This document shows positions 1-13,009 of a stretch of DNA of 64,000 nucleotides, piece by piece. The notes under the pieces were generated by a model that ran no database searches, was not told the DNA's origin, and worked only from the letters and a program-made list of their open reading frames with translations. Source of the DNA: Mobula hypostoma (taxonomy: Eukaryota); NCBI RefSeq assembly GCF_963921235.1, contig NC_086108.1:7564001-7628000 (forward strand), given 5' to 3'. The translations under genes were made by a program, and so were the position numbers. How positions within the stretch are numbered: the first letter of the stretch is position 1; each line of letters begins with the position of its first letter.

Positions 1-232
1 TTACTTCACTCCTCTCCCACTCACCTGGTTTTCCCTGCCACCTTGCACTTCTTCCTCCCCTCCTGCCACCTTCTTACGCTGACTACTGCTCTTCCTTTCC
101 AGCCCGGGAAAAGGATCTTGGCCCAAAACGTTGCCTGTTTAGTTTTTTCCACAGGTGCTGCCTGACCTGCTGAGTTACTCCAGCACTTTGTGTGTGAGTC
201 TTGGACTTCCAGCATCTGCAGATTTTCTTCAG
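1..232 (+). mobile_element. Penelope-like element 3' terminal repeat fragment with degenerate hammerhead motif (100-137)
   Basis: Pyrimidine-rich tract, then 'aaggatcttggcccaaaacgttgcctg...gctgcctgacctgctgagttactccagcactttgtgtg'; the same module follows GIY-YIG frames elsewhere in the window. Confidence 0.75.
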
Positions 233-430
233 CATGTTTGAAAGCTTACCTCCAACACCAGTCTCTGCACTGGACAGAAGATGATCACGAACTCAGGCAT
301 TCTCTTATTAAGAATCCCAAAGGCTGCTTTTGCAAGAAAAATTGTGTTTTTCTTAAAATGGTAATCTAATGATCATCTTCCTGTCATTCCTGACTGGATT
401 TCCAGTCCCTGCTACTGAAAAGCATCCCCC

Positions 431-757
431 GAATCAGAATCAGGTTTATTATCACTGGCATGTGACGTGAAATTTGTTAACTTAGCAGCAGTTCAATGCA
501 ATACATAATCTAGCAGAGAGAAAAAAAATAAAATTAAAAATAATAATAAGTAAACAAGTAAATCAATTACGTATATGGAATAGGTTTTAAAAAGTGCAAA
601 AACAGAAATACTGTATATTAAAAAAAAAGTGAGGTCGTGTCCAAAGCTTCAATGTCCATTTAGGAATCGGAAGGCAGAGGGGAAGAAGCTGTTCCTGAAT
701 CGCTGACTGTGTCCTTAATAATGGACTCTACCTTTCTGAGACACCGCTCCCCAAAGA
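431..757 (-). mobile_element. Rex1/Babar LINE 3' fragment nested in the Tc1
   Basis: (GAATCA)n tail read on + strand, then 'ggcagaggggaagaagctgttcctgaatcg' = antisense of RFRNSFFPSA. Confidence 0.8.
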
Positions 758-1529
758 TAGCATGATGCTACCTCTATCGTACGTTACAGTAAGAATGGTA
801 TTACCTAGATGGTGCAGTATTAGATTTATGTCTAATAAGTTCCACTTTAGTCCCATCTGACCACAAGACGCTCTTCCACATCTTTACGGTATCTTCCAAG
901 AGATGCTTTGCAAAGTCTTTACAGGCAATGATATCCTTTGCTTTTTCCTTGCCACTCTTTCATAAATACCATTTTTGTACAAGGCCTTAGAGATTGTGGA
1001 ACCATGAATTTTATCTCCAGTTGCATCCACTAACTTCTGCAGCTCACCTAGAGTGACTGTTGGCATCACAGTAGCCTGTCGTACAAGTGCCACTCTTCTC
1101 CAGCGACTGAGCGTAAGAGAGGCAGCCTGACCTAGGTAGTGTGGCTGTGGTCCCATATTATTACCACTTTTTCCACTGGACTCTATGCTCAGTGTCTTTG
1201 AGATGGTCTTGTATCTTTCCCCAGAGTTGTGCTTCTCTATTATCATTTTGCTGACTTGTCTTGAATGCTCTTATGTCTTCATTTTCATTTGTTCTGTTGA
1301 AAATCTACTGTGCTGTTGGACATTGCAGAGAGAGGGGATAATTATTCTTATTAGTTCATTGAAAACAGGTGATCCTCCAATTCTCTACATCAACAAATTG
1401 TGTGAGTTGGTAATGTGCAACATTGCAGCTGAGGAAATTTAGCGTAGTATTTACAAGGGGGTAGAAAAATTTGCAGTTTTGGAATTTTTCTTTTTGATTT
1501 GACATGACACACAATGCTTTAGTCATAGG

Positions 1530-2058
1530 CAGTGTGTTTGCTATTTCTCAGCTGCTGTCGGAGGTAGACCGCTTTACTCAAGCAAACCTTCTCTTTCATT
1601 TGACAGAGAGTGAGTGCCTGTTGGTCCTTGAGACAGGGGCCTTGGAGGAGCGACGCAGATTGGAACAACAAGTTGCATGTCTCTGCACTTGTTGCAGGAG
1701 TGACCTCTCTTCCTCGATGGAGAGGGAGACAACCCGTTGAGATCCGGAGTGCTGGCTTGTAGACTGTAGTTTTAATGGACTCTGGATCGGGGTCTCTTTG
1801 GGGGCATTCTGCTGTTGCTGCATGGTGGTGGTGGTTGGTAGGGTGGGTGGGGGGTGTGTGGTCGGTGCTTCTGCTGGTGTGAGTAGGGGTGAGGGTCAAT
1901 GCCTTTACTGTTGCTTGTGCAGAGGAGGGCGGGGTGTTGGGGGTTCGTTGTTTCTATCAATCATTCTATGGGGTTTCTTCTTTCGTAGATGTCTGTGAAA
2001 AGTATGAATTTCAGTTTGTTTATTTATACATTCTCTGATATTAAATGAACCTTTGAGT
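1530..2058 (+). mobile_element. Non-autonomous retroelement-like repeat (related copies near 2370-2770, 6950-7435, 50380-50830)
   Basis: Shared blocks 'gtgctggcttgtagactgtagttttaatggactctggatc' and 3' 'gaatttcagg..tatac....tgatattaaa.gaacc' recur at 2500-2768. Confidence 0.55.
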
Positions 2059-2243
2059 CATAGTAAAGTACAGCACAGAAACAGACCCTTCAGCCCATCT
2101 AGTCTGTGCTGAACCAATTAAACTGCCTACTCCCATCGAGCTACATCAGGACCATAGCCCCTATACTCCTACCGTCCATGTACTGATCCAAATTTCTGTT
2201 CAGTGTTGAAATTGAGCTCGCATGCACACTTGTGCTGGCAGAT
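2058..2243 (-). mobile_element. CR1 LINE 3' end fragment
   Basis: Closely matches 3850-4025, which continues into a CR1 ORF2 frame. Confidence 0.75.
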
Positions 2244-2369
2244 TTGCTAAAAAAATACCTACTTCAATATACTGTATTTTAAATATAGAAAATGAGACAG
2301 TAAAATGTAAAAACGGGAGGCTGAATACTTTTTCAAAGCGCTGTATGTCAGTGATAACAAACCTGTCTA

Positions 2370-2770
2370 TCGAGCAATTCTTCCCCGAGTTGGGGAACCT
2401 GGAGAAGATTGCAACCGGACCCGCGAGGAGCTGGTTTCCACTCTTGTTGCGGTAGGAGCGACCTCTCTCTCCCTCACTGGTGAGAGAGAACTTGACCTAA
2501 GTGCTGGTTTGTGGACTGAAGTTTTTGATGCACTCTAGATCTAGATCTGTTTGAGGAGCTTTTGTTTTTGCTTGCATGGTGGAGAGTCGGTGCCTCTGCT
2601 GGAGCACGTGGGGGGAGGAGAAGGAGAAGGGCTGATGCTGCTGCTTGTGCTTGGGGGGTGGGAGGGGGCTTGGGTCCTGATGTCTCTATCATTCTTTCGT
2701 GGATGCCCGTGAAGAGTTAGAATTTCAGGTGCATGTTGTATACTTCCTTTGATATTAAACTGAACCATCT
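2370..2770 (+). mobile_element. Second copy of the 1530-2058 repeat family
   Basis: Sequence similarity to 1640-2058. Confidence 0.55.
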
Positions 2771-3199
2771 GATTCAGATTCTGCTCTGTAGCGAGCTGGT
2801 CAGCACAAGTGCAGACCTAGCAATTCTTGACAACTTTTATTTTCTGTAACCATTTCCTGTGACTCAGTACGTTAATTTTTTTTTCTCACTTTTTAATCAT
2901 GGAAACAAAATGTTTATCAGTTGAATCAGCAGTAAGGTTTAGGAAAGTTTCACACATCACTACCATCATTATTAATTTCCTGTACAGGTTATTCAGCGCT
3001 TTGTTCAGCCACCAACCAGAAGGATCTAGTTAATTTTGTGTCATCTTTTTTGTCAGCTTTTTTTCCATTCCCAACAATATCATTTCTACCTGAGAAACAG
3101 AGTCTTTGGAGGCTCAGTGTTTCATCTTCTTTCTCTGGCAGAGGTACAATTGCTGCTTGCCAATGGCTCTGTTAATGTACAGGGTGGTTCTGTCAAAGG

Positions 3200-3848
3200 C
3201 CGGTATGGAAACACCGGTGCTCAGTGGAGAAGTCTTCAAAAAGTGGTGGATTTGCCCAGTCCATCACAGGTAAAGCCTTCCCCATCACTGAGCATATCTA
3301 CAAGGAGCACCCCCCACCCCCAAAGAAAGCAGCATCCATTATCAAGGACCTCCACCATCCAGGACATGCTCTCTTCTAGCTGCTGCCATCAGGAGGTACA
3401 GGAACCTCAGGTCCCACACCACCAGGTTCAGGAACAGTTATCACCCCACAACCATCAGGCTCCTGAACCGGTGTGGATAACTTCACTCACCACAATGAGC
3501 CTCAGGTCCCACACCACCAGGTTCAGGAACAGTTATTACCCCACAACCATCAGGCTCCTGAACCAGTGTGGGTAACTTCACTCACCTCAACTCTGAAATG
3601 ATTCCATAATCTATGGACTCACTTTCAAAGACTGAAAACTATGCCCTCAGTATTAATTAAATAATTAATCAACTAATTAATAGAAATTGTTGTAGTTGCA
3701 GTTTGCCGCCTTTTGCACACTTGTTGTCAGTCTGTGTGTAGTTTTTCACTGATTTTATCTATTTCCTGTTAAACTGTGAATGCCTGCAAGAAAATGAACC
3801 TCAAGGTAGTATGTGGTGATATATATGTATGTTGACAATGAATTTTGA
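3200..3848 (+). mobile_element. Rex1/Babar LINE 3' fragment with internal 95-bp tandem duplication
   Basis: KAASIIKDLHHPGHAL...HTTRFRNSYYPTTIRLLN motif; 3405-3491 is repeated at 3500-3586. Confidence 0.85.
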
Positions 3849-3849
3849 A

Positions 3850-4325
3850 TCATAGAAAAGTATAGCATATAAGCTGGCCCTTTGGCCCATCTAGTCTGTG
3901 CTGAACCATTTAAACTGCCTACCTCCATTGACCTGCACCAGGACCATAGTCCTCCATACCCCTACTATCCATGTACCGATCAAATTTCTCCTAAACATTG
4001 AAATCGAGCTCGCATGCACCACTTGCTCATTCCACACTCTTACCACCCTCTGAGTGAAGAAATTGCCCTCATGTCCTCTTTAAACTTTTCACCTTTCACC
4101 CTTAACCCATGACATCTAGTTGTAGTCCCACCCAACCTCAGTGGAAAAAGCCTGCTTGCATTTACCCTGTCTATTCCCCTCATAATTTTGTATACCTTTA
4201 TCAATTCTCCCCTCAATTTTCTACGTTCCAAGGAATAAAGTCCTAATCTATTCAATCTTTCCTTATAACTCAGGTCCTCCAGACCCAGCAACATCCTTGT
4301 AAATTTTCTCTGTACTCTTTCAAAG
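3850..4325 (-). mobile_element. CR1 LINE ORF2 C-terminus and 3' UTR
   Basis: ORF 4040-4342: ERVQRKFTRMLLGLEDLSYKERLNRLGLYSLERRKLRGELIKVYKIMRG, a canonical CR1 C-terminus. Confidence 0.9.
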
Positions 4326-4737
4326 AAAATTAAATCTGACATTTTAACTTTACCCAGTGCATAGTAAGTTCATTGGACAGAACAGTGGTTGAAGAGATTG
4401 TCTTTGACATTCATTCAGGGGACACTGTGTGTCGTTTTCTCAAGTTTATAATACCAAATCCTGAAAATTTATTCTGTCATGCTAATAGCTTTACACCATC
4501 TGTGGCTCCACCTTAAGTAAGGATGTAATTATGAAGACTTGTCTCCTGAAATCTCAGTACTTGCCAAGGTTTCATAAGCAGCACACTCATTTAAGAATAC
4601 AAGCTCAAATCTTATTGAGGGTCTGGACTACAAAGGATGGAGATGATTTTTCAGGTTCATGTGAGGCTCTCTCAGTGGGTATAACGTAATCCAAGTCAGT
4701 GAGCTATCCCTGGCTGTCTGGTAAATACATACCCACA

Positions 4738-6395
4738 ACCAGGTGAGGCAACACTTCACCTGCAAATCTGCTGGGGTCATCTACTGTGTACTGGTGCACC
4801 CGATGCAGCCTCCTCTACATTGGTGAGACCTGTCGTAAACTGGGAGACTGCTTCATCGAACACCTCCACACTATCTGCTCAGTGGCCAAACATTTTAATT
4901 CTGATTCCCATTCCCGTTCCGATGTGTCAGTCCATGGCCTCCTCTTGTCAAGTCAAGTTTATTGTCATTTAATTACACACATCTATATAATGTATATAGA
5001 AACGAGATGTTTCTTTGAACCAGGGTGTAAAGCACAGCAGTACACATAACACTCAATAACTTATGAAGGTATGGATAAAACCTACAGATGAATTACACAT
5101 AATAACAAAATAAAGTGTATTAATTTTAAACATTGGAACGTACAGAATAGATTAACTCGTGACACTTACAAATACAATGCAGCAGGGAGTTCAGAAACCT
5201 AATGGCCTGGAGGAAGAAATTGTTTCTCATCCTGACCGTTCTGGTCTTTCTGCATCGGAGTCTCCTGCCTGATGGTAGAAAGTCAAAGAAGATGCTGGGT
5301 GGATGGGTGGAATCCTTAATAACACTAAGGGCCCTGTGTATGCAGCACTCCTGATAAATGTCCCCGATGGACGGTAGGGAAACCCCTATGTTCCTCTCGG
5401 CCATTCTCACAGGCCTTTGTAGGGACTTCCGGTCTGATGCTTCGGCTGCTCCCAGACCAGATGGAGATGCAACTTGTCAGGACACTCTCAACTGTGCTCC
5501 TGTAAAATGCAGTTAAGATGGAGGAAGGGGTGGGAGCCTTGCTTGCCTCAATCTTCCTAGGAAGTGGATGTGCTGCTGTGCCTTCTTGTTCAGAGAAATG
5601 TTGTCAAGGGACCAGGTGAGATCATCGTGATGTGAACTCCCAGGAACTTGGTGCAATTAACTCTCTCTATGAAGGAGCCGTGTATTCGCGAGGGGGGGGG
5701 GATGTCTGCACCTTCCTGAAGTCCACAACAATTTCCTTTGTCTTCTCTATGTTCAGGCCTGTGTTCTTCTCACACCAATCCACCAGCCGCTCCACTTCCT
5801 CTCCATATTCCATCTTGTCATTAATCTTGATAAGGTCAAACACTGCTGTGTCATCTGCAAACTCGATGACACGGTTTGAGCTGGATCCTGCACGGTTTGA
5901 GTCATGTGTCAGCAGTGTGAGCATGGGGATCACCTGTGCTCAATGTAATGGGACCAGAGACATTGCTGCCCATGTGGACTGACTGTGGCCCTACTTTAAC
6001 AGTATCTAATTGCCAAGATGAGGCCACCCTTTACCTTATATTCTCTCTGGGTAGCCTCCAACCTGATTTTTCCTTCTGGTTAACAAATTCTTCCACCCAC
6101 CTCCTTCCGCAATTCCTCACTCTAACCTTTTACCTCTTCTCACCTCGTGTCCCCTCTTCCTTCCCTTTCTCCTATGGGCCACTCTCCTCCCCTATCAGAT
6201 TCTTTCTTCTCCAGCTCATGACCTTTCCCACCCACCTGACTTCACCTATCACCCAGCTAGCCTCCTCACCAAACTTTTTTATTCTGGCACCTTCCCTTTC
6301 TTTCTCAGTCTTGGCCCAAAATGTTGACTATCTATTCATTTCCATAGATGCTGTCTGACCTGCTGAATTCCTCCAGCATTTTGTGTGTGTTGCAG
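4738..6395 (+). mobile_element. Penelope-like element (GIY-YIG end plus terminal repeat) split by a Rex insertion at about 4950-6000
   Basis: VIYCVLVHP/YWCTRCSLLYIGETCRKLGDCFIEH GIY-YIG motif; 'ccatggcctcctcttg' resumes as 'tgccaagatgaggccacc' at about 6011. Confidence 0.85.
4948..5985 (-). mobile_element. Rex1/Babar LINE fragment (RT C-terminus, TGACT-type tail)
   Basis: ORF 5667-5933 (EFADDTAV...LNIEKTKEIVVDFRK) and ORF 5126-5410 (LPSGRRLRCRKTRTVRMRNNFFLQAIRFLN). Confidence 0.85.
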
Positions 6396-7689
6396 AAGAT
6401 TCCTTATCAGAATCAATCTAGCCAATAGTGGAGAATGCCGAATGGAACAACCGATGCTAATTTTCCAAGCTGTTGATCAAAAGTATGTTTGGGTAAAACT
6501 CTTGATATGTCCCGAAAGAGATTTGACAGGAGAAATGGGATTCTTTCTGACTCATATATTAAGGGCATTTTAAAACATTTTTACAGAGTTGTGTGTGCAT
6601 GGAACACCCTGACAGGGAAATGGCAGACGAAGATACATTAGGGATATTTAAGACACTCTTTGAAAAGGAGATGGCACCAATAAACAATGCTACCAAAGTC
6701 GACATCCTCAAACGGGCCACAAAGCAACTCCTTTCACTTCTTTTACATCTTTTTATGTCAGAAATGACTCTACTAATGTTAGAGCCTACTATCTACTTTG
6801 TGGCGGCATGACTTTGGGCCAATCGGGCAATCTGGCATTCTGCTATCTCCAAGAGTCTTCCACAAGGCTGCAACCAAAGTGTGAAGCCAGGAGACTGTGA
6901 ACCATTCCATCTCTCGCTGATTAAAGCACCGAGGCAGGTTAGAGGCGAGCATGTGTTTAGCAGCATCTACCAGCCTCTCACTTGCTACTGCCAGAGAAGG
7001 AATTTGCCTCTGGTGGACTCTCGCTCGAGTGATCTCTCTTTCACTTGATGCTGTTGGCACATGGTACCGGAGCAAGGTTTAGTCGATGTGGATTGTAGAT
7101 CTGTACTCTGATTGAGGGTTATGGTGTGTTCTAGTTCAGGCTACTCTTTTTTGTTACTACTTTCGGGCAATGTTTGAATCAGGGCGGCCTGCAGATAATA
7201 AACACCACGCTGAACTACACTGAAATATTCCTTTTGATTTTGAGCTTCATATTCCGTGTTTTTTGCTAATTTTTTTGGTTGTTGTCTTTGCATGGGGGGA
7301 GGGGGGTTAATGTTTGATGTTAATGGGGGGCGGGGTTCGTTCCATGATTTTGTTTCGCAGCTGTCAGTGGGGAAGACGAATTTCAGGGTTGCATACTGCA
7401 TACATACTTTGATTACAAATGTGCTCTGAATCTTTGATAGGCATATAGATGATAGAAAAATGGAGGGCTATGTAGGAGGGAAGGGTTACCATCAGGGGTT
7501 CCCATCCTGTATAATGCCATGGACCAATACCATTAAACAAGGGGTTCATGGACCCCAGGGTTAGACTGATTTAAGAGTAGGCTAAAAGGTCAGCACAACA
7601 TCATGGGATGAAGGATCTACACTGTGCTGTGAAGTTCTAAGTTCTATCACTTAGGTAGATGGCACCCAGCAAAAGTTTAAATAGTCTGT

Positions 7690-7845
7690 GCTGGTGGTGT
7701 AGTGACAACTGCATGAGAGGTCCCAGGTTTGAATCCGGCTGGCTGCTTGCATGAGTTCTGCTTGTGCTGGGTTGAGCATTGTAAAACAAACAAACGCTAA
7801 AGGAAACGGCAAGATTGCTGTCTGATGTGACAAATTGATGTGGGG
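7690..7845 (+). mobile_element. tRNA-derived SINE (same family as 17750-17960)
   Basis: A-box 'tggtgtagtg', B-box 'ggtttgaatcc'; body 'aaacaaacgctaaaggaaacggcaag' matches the other copy. Confidence 0.7.
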
Positions 7846-8249
7846 TGTAGTAGTAAAGGTTTAAATAAATTGCTCCTTAAATGGTACATGTTATGGTGTA
7901 CACAAATGAAAGTATGCTGGAGAAAAGAACAGGTAGTTAATGAACTGGAGCTTAAAGTCGATAGTATCCAGTGAATTATATTCCCCGTCTCAGAATAAAT
8001 TGCAATTAAGTCAGAGTCAGTGAGATCTGAGAGAAATATAACTTAACTGTTGTGGAGCCAATTTAAATGCAAAAAATGATGAGTAGGGGAAAAAACAAAT
8101 TACAGAGCAGTAAATTATGGAGAGACAGAGAGAGAGAGAAAATGTTCCCACTTTTAAAAGGTCTGATAACATCTAAATCTGAAAATTAAAACAAACCCAT
8201 AAATGACAACCATATAAACAAGAGATTCTGCAGATGCTGGAAACAGGAG

Positions 8250-8691
8250 ACATCACCATCATTGTTATGTGCTGTGTCATATGACGTGGGTGATCATGGT
8301 CTTCCATCTGTTTTTAATCTGATCCCCTTCACACTGTTATTGTTATTCTTTTTTCTATCCATGACTATGATTGTTCCTGGAAATTTTTTTCTACAGAAGT
8401 GGTTTGCCATTGCCTTCTTCTGGGCAGTGTCTTCACAAGAGGGGTGACCCCAGCCATTATCCATACACTTCAGAGGCTGTCTGCCTGGTGTCAGCAGTTG
8501 CATAACCTGGACTTGTGATGTACATCAGCTGCTCATACGACCATCTGTCACCAGCTCCAGTGACTTCACCTGATCCTGATCAGGAGGTCTAAGCAGGTGC
8601 TACACCTTGCCCAAGGATGAACTGCAGGCTAATGGAGGGAAGAAGCACCTTACACCTCTGTTGGTAGAGACATATCTCCACCCCACCACCC
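8250..8691 (-). mobile_element. RTE-related non-autonomous element (structured head plus BovB/Sauria-like RTE tail) inserted into a Penelope terminal repeat
   Basis: Antisense of 'gaaggcaatggcaaaccacttctgtagaaaaa'; flanked by 'ctggaaa' on both sides; host repeat resumes at 8692. Confidence 0.75.
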
Positions 8692-8944
8692 TGGAAATCC
8701 AGAACAATACACACAAAATGTCGGAGGAGCTCAACAGGTCAGGCAGCATTTATGGAGAGGAATAAACAGTGCTGATGAAGTATCTTTGCCCAAAACATTA
8801 GCTCTTTATTCCTTTTCACAGAGATATCTTAGCAAAGGCAGTTAGACTGAAAAACAGCTTCTTCCTGAGGGCTGTTGTGCAGCTGAATAACGCTACACCC
8901 CGGCTTGCCAGTGGATTAGAATGTTATGGACTATCAAAGTCACA

Positions 8945-9172
8945 TGTTGCATGGTGAATCTGTGGAACTGATTCCCACAGGCAGCTGAGAAGGCCAAGTC
9001 ATCGAGTATATTTAAGGCAGAGGTTGATAGCTTCTTGATTGGTCAGGGCGTGAAGGGATACAAGGAGAAGGCAGGAGATTGGGGCTGAGAGGGAAAATGG
9101 ATCAGCCATGATGAAATGGCGGAGCAGATTTGATAGGCCAGCTGGTCTAATTCCACTCCTATACTTTATGTT
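8945..9172 (+). mobile_element. CR1 LINE 3' end
   Basis: 'ggtgaatctgtggaac...tttaaggcagaggttgatag...ggatcagccatgatgaaatggcggagcag'. Confidence 0.75.
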
Positions 9173-10257
9173 CTTTACACCTTAAAGTAAGGCTTCTATA
9201 TGCCTGGGTCACCTCTCTGTGCAATTCTGCTTTACACAAGAAGTAGATGGTCTGAAGGAAAATATGGGAATTTTTATTTACTTATTTTTAATTAAGCCAT
9301 ACTGCATGTATTGTAAATATCTGTTTTGCACAGACTGGAGCAGCACTGCAATCTCGTTGTCTTGACCAATGACAATAGAGTTCTATTCTATTCCTCACAC
9401 AGATAGCTGTAGAATTGAACCCCGGGAAGCTGGCATTGTGTCAGCGATACACTCACGGCTAGGCTACTGTGCCGCCTTAAATGGCAGTGCGCCTGATTTG
9501 TATCTTAAGAACATAAGAAAAAGCAGCAAGCGTAGGCCATTTTGCTTTTGTGATTATATGCTGTCATTCATTAAGATAATGATTTTCTACCTCCAAACAT
9601 TTCCCTGCACATTCCCCTATTCGTTAATATCCGAATATCTGTCAATTTTTATTTTAACAGGCCTCCAGAATACTTCAAGGTACAGAATTTCACAGGTTAA
9701 TCAGTCTCTGTATGAAAAATTAAATTCATTTACTTATACATTCAGTAAAGTAAATTTTATTATCAGAGTACATGTATGTCACCATTTATAACCCTGAGAT
9801 TCATTTTCCTGTGGCATACTCAGAAAAGCAAAGTAACTAACAGGATCAATGAAAGATCAACCAGAGTGCAGAAAACAACAAACTGTGCAAATGCAACTAT
9901 AAATAAACAGCAATAAATAATGAGAACACGAGATAATGAGATAAAGAGTCCTTAACGTGAGATCATTGGTTGTGGAAACAATGATAGGGCAAGTGGGTGT
10001 AGTTATCCCCTTTTATTCAAGAGCCTGATGGTCGAGGGGTAGAAATTGTTCATGAAAAGGCCCTCATAAAAGTTTGGTGGGTATCAAAAATATCGTTGGT
10101 TCGTGGAGAGAATAGAAGGTAGGAATTACATCCCAGTGACCAGAGGCTTAAGACAAATGAATTTAAGAGTGATGCTACAGAAGAGAATCTTATACTAGTT
10201 GTAAATTAATTAATTAAATTAGTTATTCAAGTTTTAATTTTTTAGTTTATTTAGAAG

Positions 10258-10435
10258 AGGCCCATTGAGGCCCTCCATTGGTCAGGGTCATCACGGATGC
10301 TGTGTCCCAGCTTCTAGGTGATATGCAAGCCAGGACAGTACGATACGGAGAGCAAGCCGATGCCCATGTAGCAAGCTCCCCCTCTCCACGCAGCTGATGA
10401 ATCCAAAGAAATGGCAGAGACCGATACACTTTGGT
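10258..10435 (-). mobile_element. RTE LINE 5' UTR fragment (same family as 46240-46810)
   Basis: 'gcaagccaggacagtacgatacggagagcaagc...cagctgatgaatccaaag' shared with 46315-46400. Confidence 0.6.
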
Positions 10436-11647
10436 GATATACATTTATATTGTCAAATGACAAAAAACTTGACTTGGCTTGACTTACACCTCCTTTCCGT
10501 TTGGCAGTATCTCTACCCCACTACCCTGATGGCTTAGATTGGTCTACATTTAAAACTGAGTGGCCAGTAAAATGGAGTGATCACCAAACTGAGGATATGG
10601 AAGTGAGCTCTGGGCAAGATTACAAACCTTATTTGCACGGCGCTACTAAAGTTAAAAAGTATATGAAAAGAAACTTTTGGGATTTTCTAACCTTCAGATA
10701 TTTTTCCAAACATCTACCACGTGTGTTGCACCACTGAGAATTTGTATCTTGCAGTGATTTAGTCTGCGTCTGCCGAACCGCGAAGCAGCGGTTTACACGG
10801 AATGGAAAATTATTTTGCAATGTTTTCAGCAGAATTAGTCCTGTGCCCATTTAGTCTGCAGATTAAGCTGCTCTAAGCTGTCTGAGCTACAGTATTTCTG
10901 AAAACACTGACCTTTACTGACTGCTAAAGTTCACGTGACAGAGAGGCATTCTGTAGAGCTGAAGAGGTTGGTGTTTTTAAAATATAATTTTTAATCCTTG
11001 TAAACAAAAATGGTGAAATACCGCGTCTGGAAAATATACTTCATCATAGACACTTAGCATTTCAGTCTCATCAGCTGCAGGCAAATATTGGCTCATGGCC
11101 AAAGCTAGATTTCTTTGCTTTACCAAATATTTATTGGATTAATAAATTCCATTGAATGAACTTATGCTTAGAAACAGAATATAGGGCAGATATGTTTTTG
11201 AGGCATGTTTATGTTGAGTATCATTCGATCAGTTTACCATTGAATAACTTATCCTGTATGATCTTACATTCAAAAATAGTACAACACTGGGGACCAATAA
11301 AAGACTTTTGTTGGTATTGAACCAGATTTTAAAACTACAACTGACTTGTAATATTTCTGGTATATCCATGATACTTTTGAGTACTGTATGTCCTTTTGAA
11401 AACTGATACCTGTTGACTCTATCTATCATCACAGCCTTTCGAACTGCGCCTTGTAAGGCATGAAAATGCCCGACGCTGGCCTCTCAGGTCTGAGTCGACG
11501 TCATCATCATCATCTATCTATCTATCAAGGTGACTTGATAGAGGTGTACAAGATGATAAGAGGCATAGATAGAGAGGACAGCCAGCGCTTCTTTTAATCA
11601 GGGCGAAAATGGCTAATACAAGAGGGCATAATTTTCAGGTGATTGGT

Positions 11648-12180
11648 CAAGCATCTCCACTCCATTCGCCACAAGAACTTGCTTCTGGCCAAACATTTTA
11701 ATTCCAACTCCCATCCCCGTGGCCACGGGTCCATGGCCTCCTCCTGAGCCAAGAGAGGTCACCTTCAGGGTGAAGAAGCAACACCTTATATTCTGTCTGG
11801 GAAGCCTCAAATCTGATAGCATGAATATCAATTTCTCCTTCTGGTAAAAAAAATCCTCCCTCCCCTCTCCTCTTCCTCTGTTCCACACTCTAGCCTTTCA
11901 CCTTTTCTTACCTGCCTGTTACCTCTCCCTGGGTCCCTTCCTCCTTCCCTATCTCCTATGGTCCACTCTCCTCTCTAGCCCTTTACTTTCCCACCCACCT
12001 GGCTTCACCTATCACTTTCCAGCTAGCCTCCTTCCCATCCTCTTACCTTTTTATTCTGGTGTCTTCCCCTTTCCTTCTCAGTCCAGATGAAGGGTCTCAG
12101 CACAAAACATCGACTGCTTATTCATTTCCATAGATGCTGCCTGACCTGCTGAGTTCCTCCAGCATTTTGCACGTGGTGCT
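11648..12180 (+). mobile_element. Penelope-like element 3' part with hammerhead motif at 12079-12116
   Basis: EHLHSI...AKHFNS..LRVKKQHLIFCLGSL frame, then 'cagtccagatgaagggtctcagcacaaaacatcgactg'. Confidence 0.85.
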
Positions 12181-12194
12181 TTGGTAAACGGTTC

Positions 12195-12648
12195 TCCCAT
12201 TTGTACATTTACATGAAACACCGTCTCAGGAAAGGAGCATCCATCACCAGAGATCCCCACCACCTAGGTCATGCTCTCTTTTTGGTGTTGCTATAAGGAA
12301 GAAGCTACAAGAGCCTCAGGACTCTCAACACCAGGTTCAGGAACAGTTATTACCCATCAGGCTCTTGAACCAAAGGGGATAACTTCACTTGCCCCATAAT
12401 TGAAAAGTTCCCACCTTCGAGGAGTCTTCATCCCATGTTCTTGATATTTATTGCTTATTTATTTATGATTGTTTCTCTTTTTGTATTTGCACAGCTTGTC
12501 TTCTGCACTCTAGTAGAACATTCTAGTTGGGCGGTCTTTCAAAAATTCTGTTCATAGAATTTGGGTTTGCCCACAAGAAAATGAATCTCAGGATTGTATA
12601 TGGTGACTTATATCTACTTTGATAATAAAGTTACCTTGAACTTTGAAA
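12195..12648 (+). mobile_element. Rex1/Babar LINE 3' fragment
   Basis: 'caccaggttcaggaacagttattacc' and 3' end 'gataataaagttaccttgaactttga'. Confidence 0.75.
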
Positions 12649-13009
12649 AGTATAGGGGATGTCAGAAGGTTGTTTACACAAAGATTGTTGGGTGCGTGGA
12701 ACATGCTGCCGGGGTGGTGTAGAGGCAGACATATTAAAGACTGTTAAACATAGATGAAAGAAAAATGGAGGGATATGTGGGAGGGAAGCGTTAGATTGAT
12801 CTTACCGTAGGTTAAAGGTCAGCACAGCATCCTTACAGTAGGTTAAAGGTCAGCACAACTTCCTTGGCTGAAGGGGCCTGCGCTGTTGTGTAGTGTTCTG
12901 TGTTCTGTGATGACAGCACATACATGCTTCTTAACAGAGGTGAGTGGCTAGCAGCTACAAGTGCTGAGGTTAACCATCAAGTTGAATACAGATGAATACA
13001 GTTGCCTCA

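Larger units (their letters stand above)
365..2346 (-). mobile_element. Decayed Tc1/mariner DNA transposon, interrupted by several retroelement insertions
   Basis: ORF 884-1246 resembles a Tc1 transposase N-terminus (IIEKHNSGERYKTISKTL...VTLGELQK...ERVARKK); the G-S-I-M-(L-W)-G-C-F-S motif is split by the 431-757 insertion; Tc1-like terminus 'gctgaatactttttcaaagcgctgta' near 2320-2345. Confidence 0.8.

Noticed and set aside
245..325. Minus-strand donor GAG|gtaagc with a short open frame (FGILNKRMPEFVIIFCPVQRLVLE)
   Set aside because: No recognisable product and no supporting neighbouring exons
3036..3575. 179-aa ORF as a host gene
   Set aside because: The C-terminal two thirds is Rex LINE sequence with a tandem duplication; non-ATG start
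10390..10425. CTGATGA in the RTE 5' UTR (also near 46381) as a hammerhead or C/D box
   Set aside because: No stem II/GAAA/cleavage geometry; lies antisense to the element
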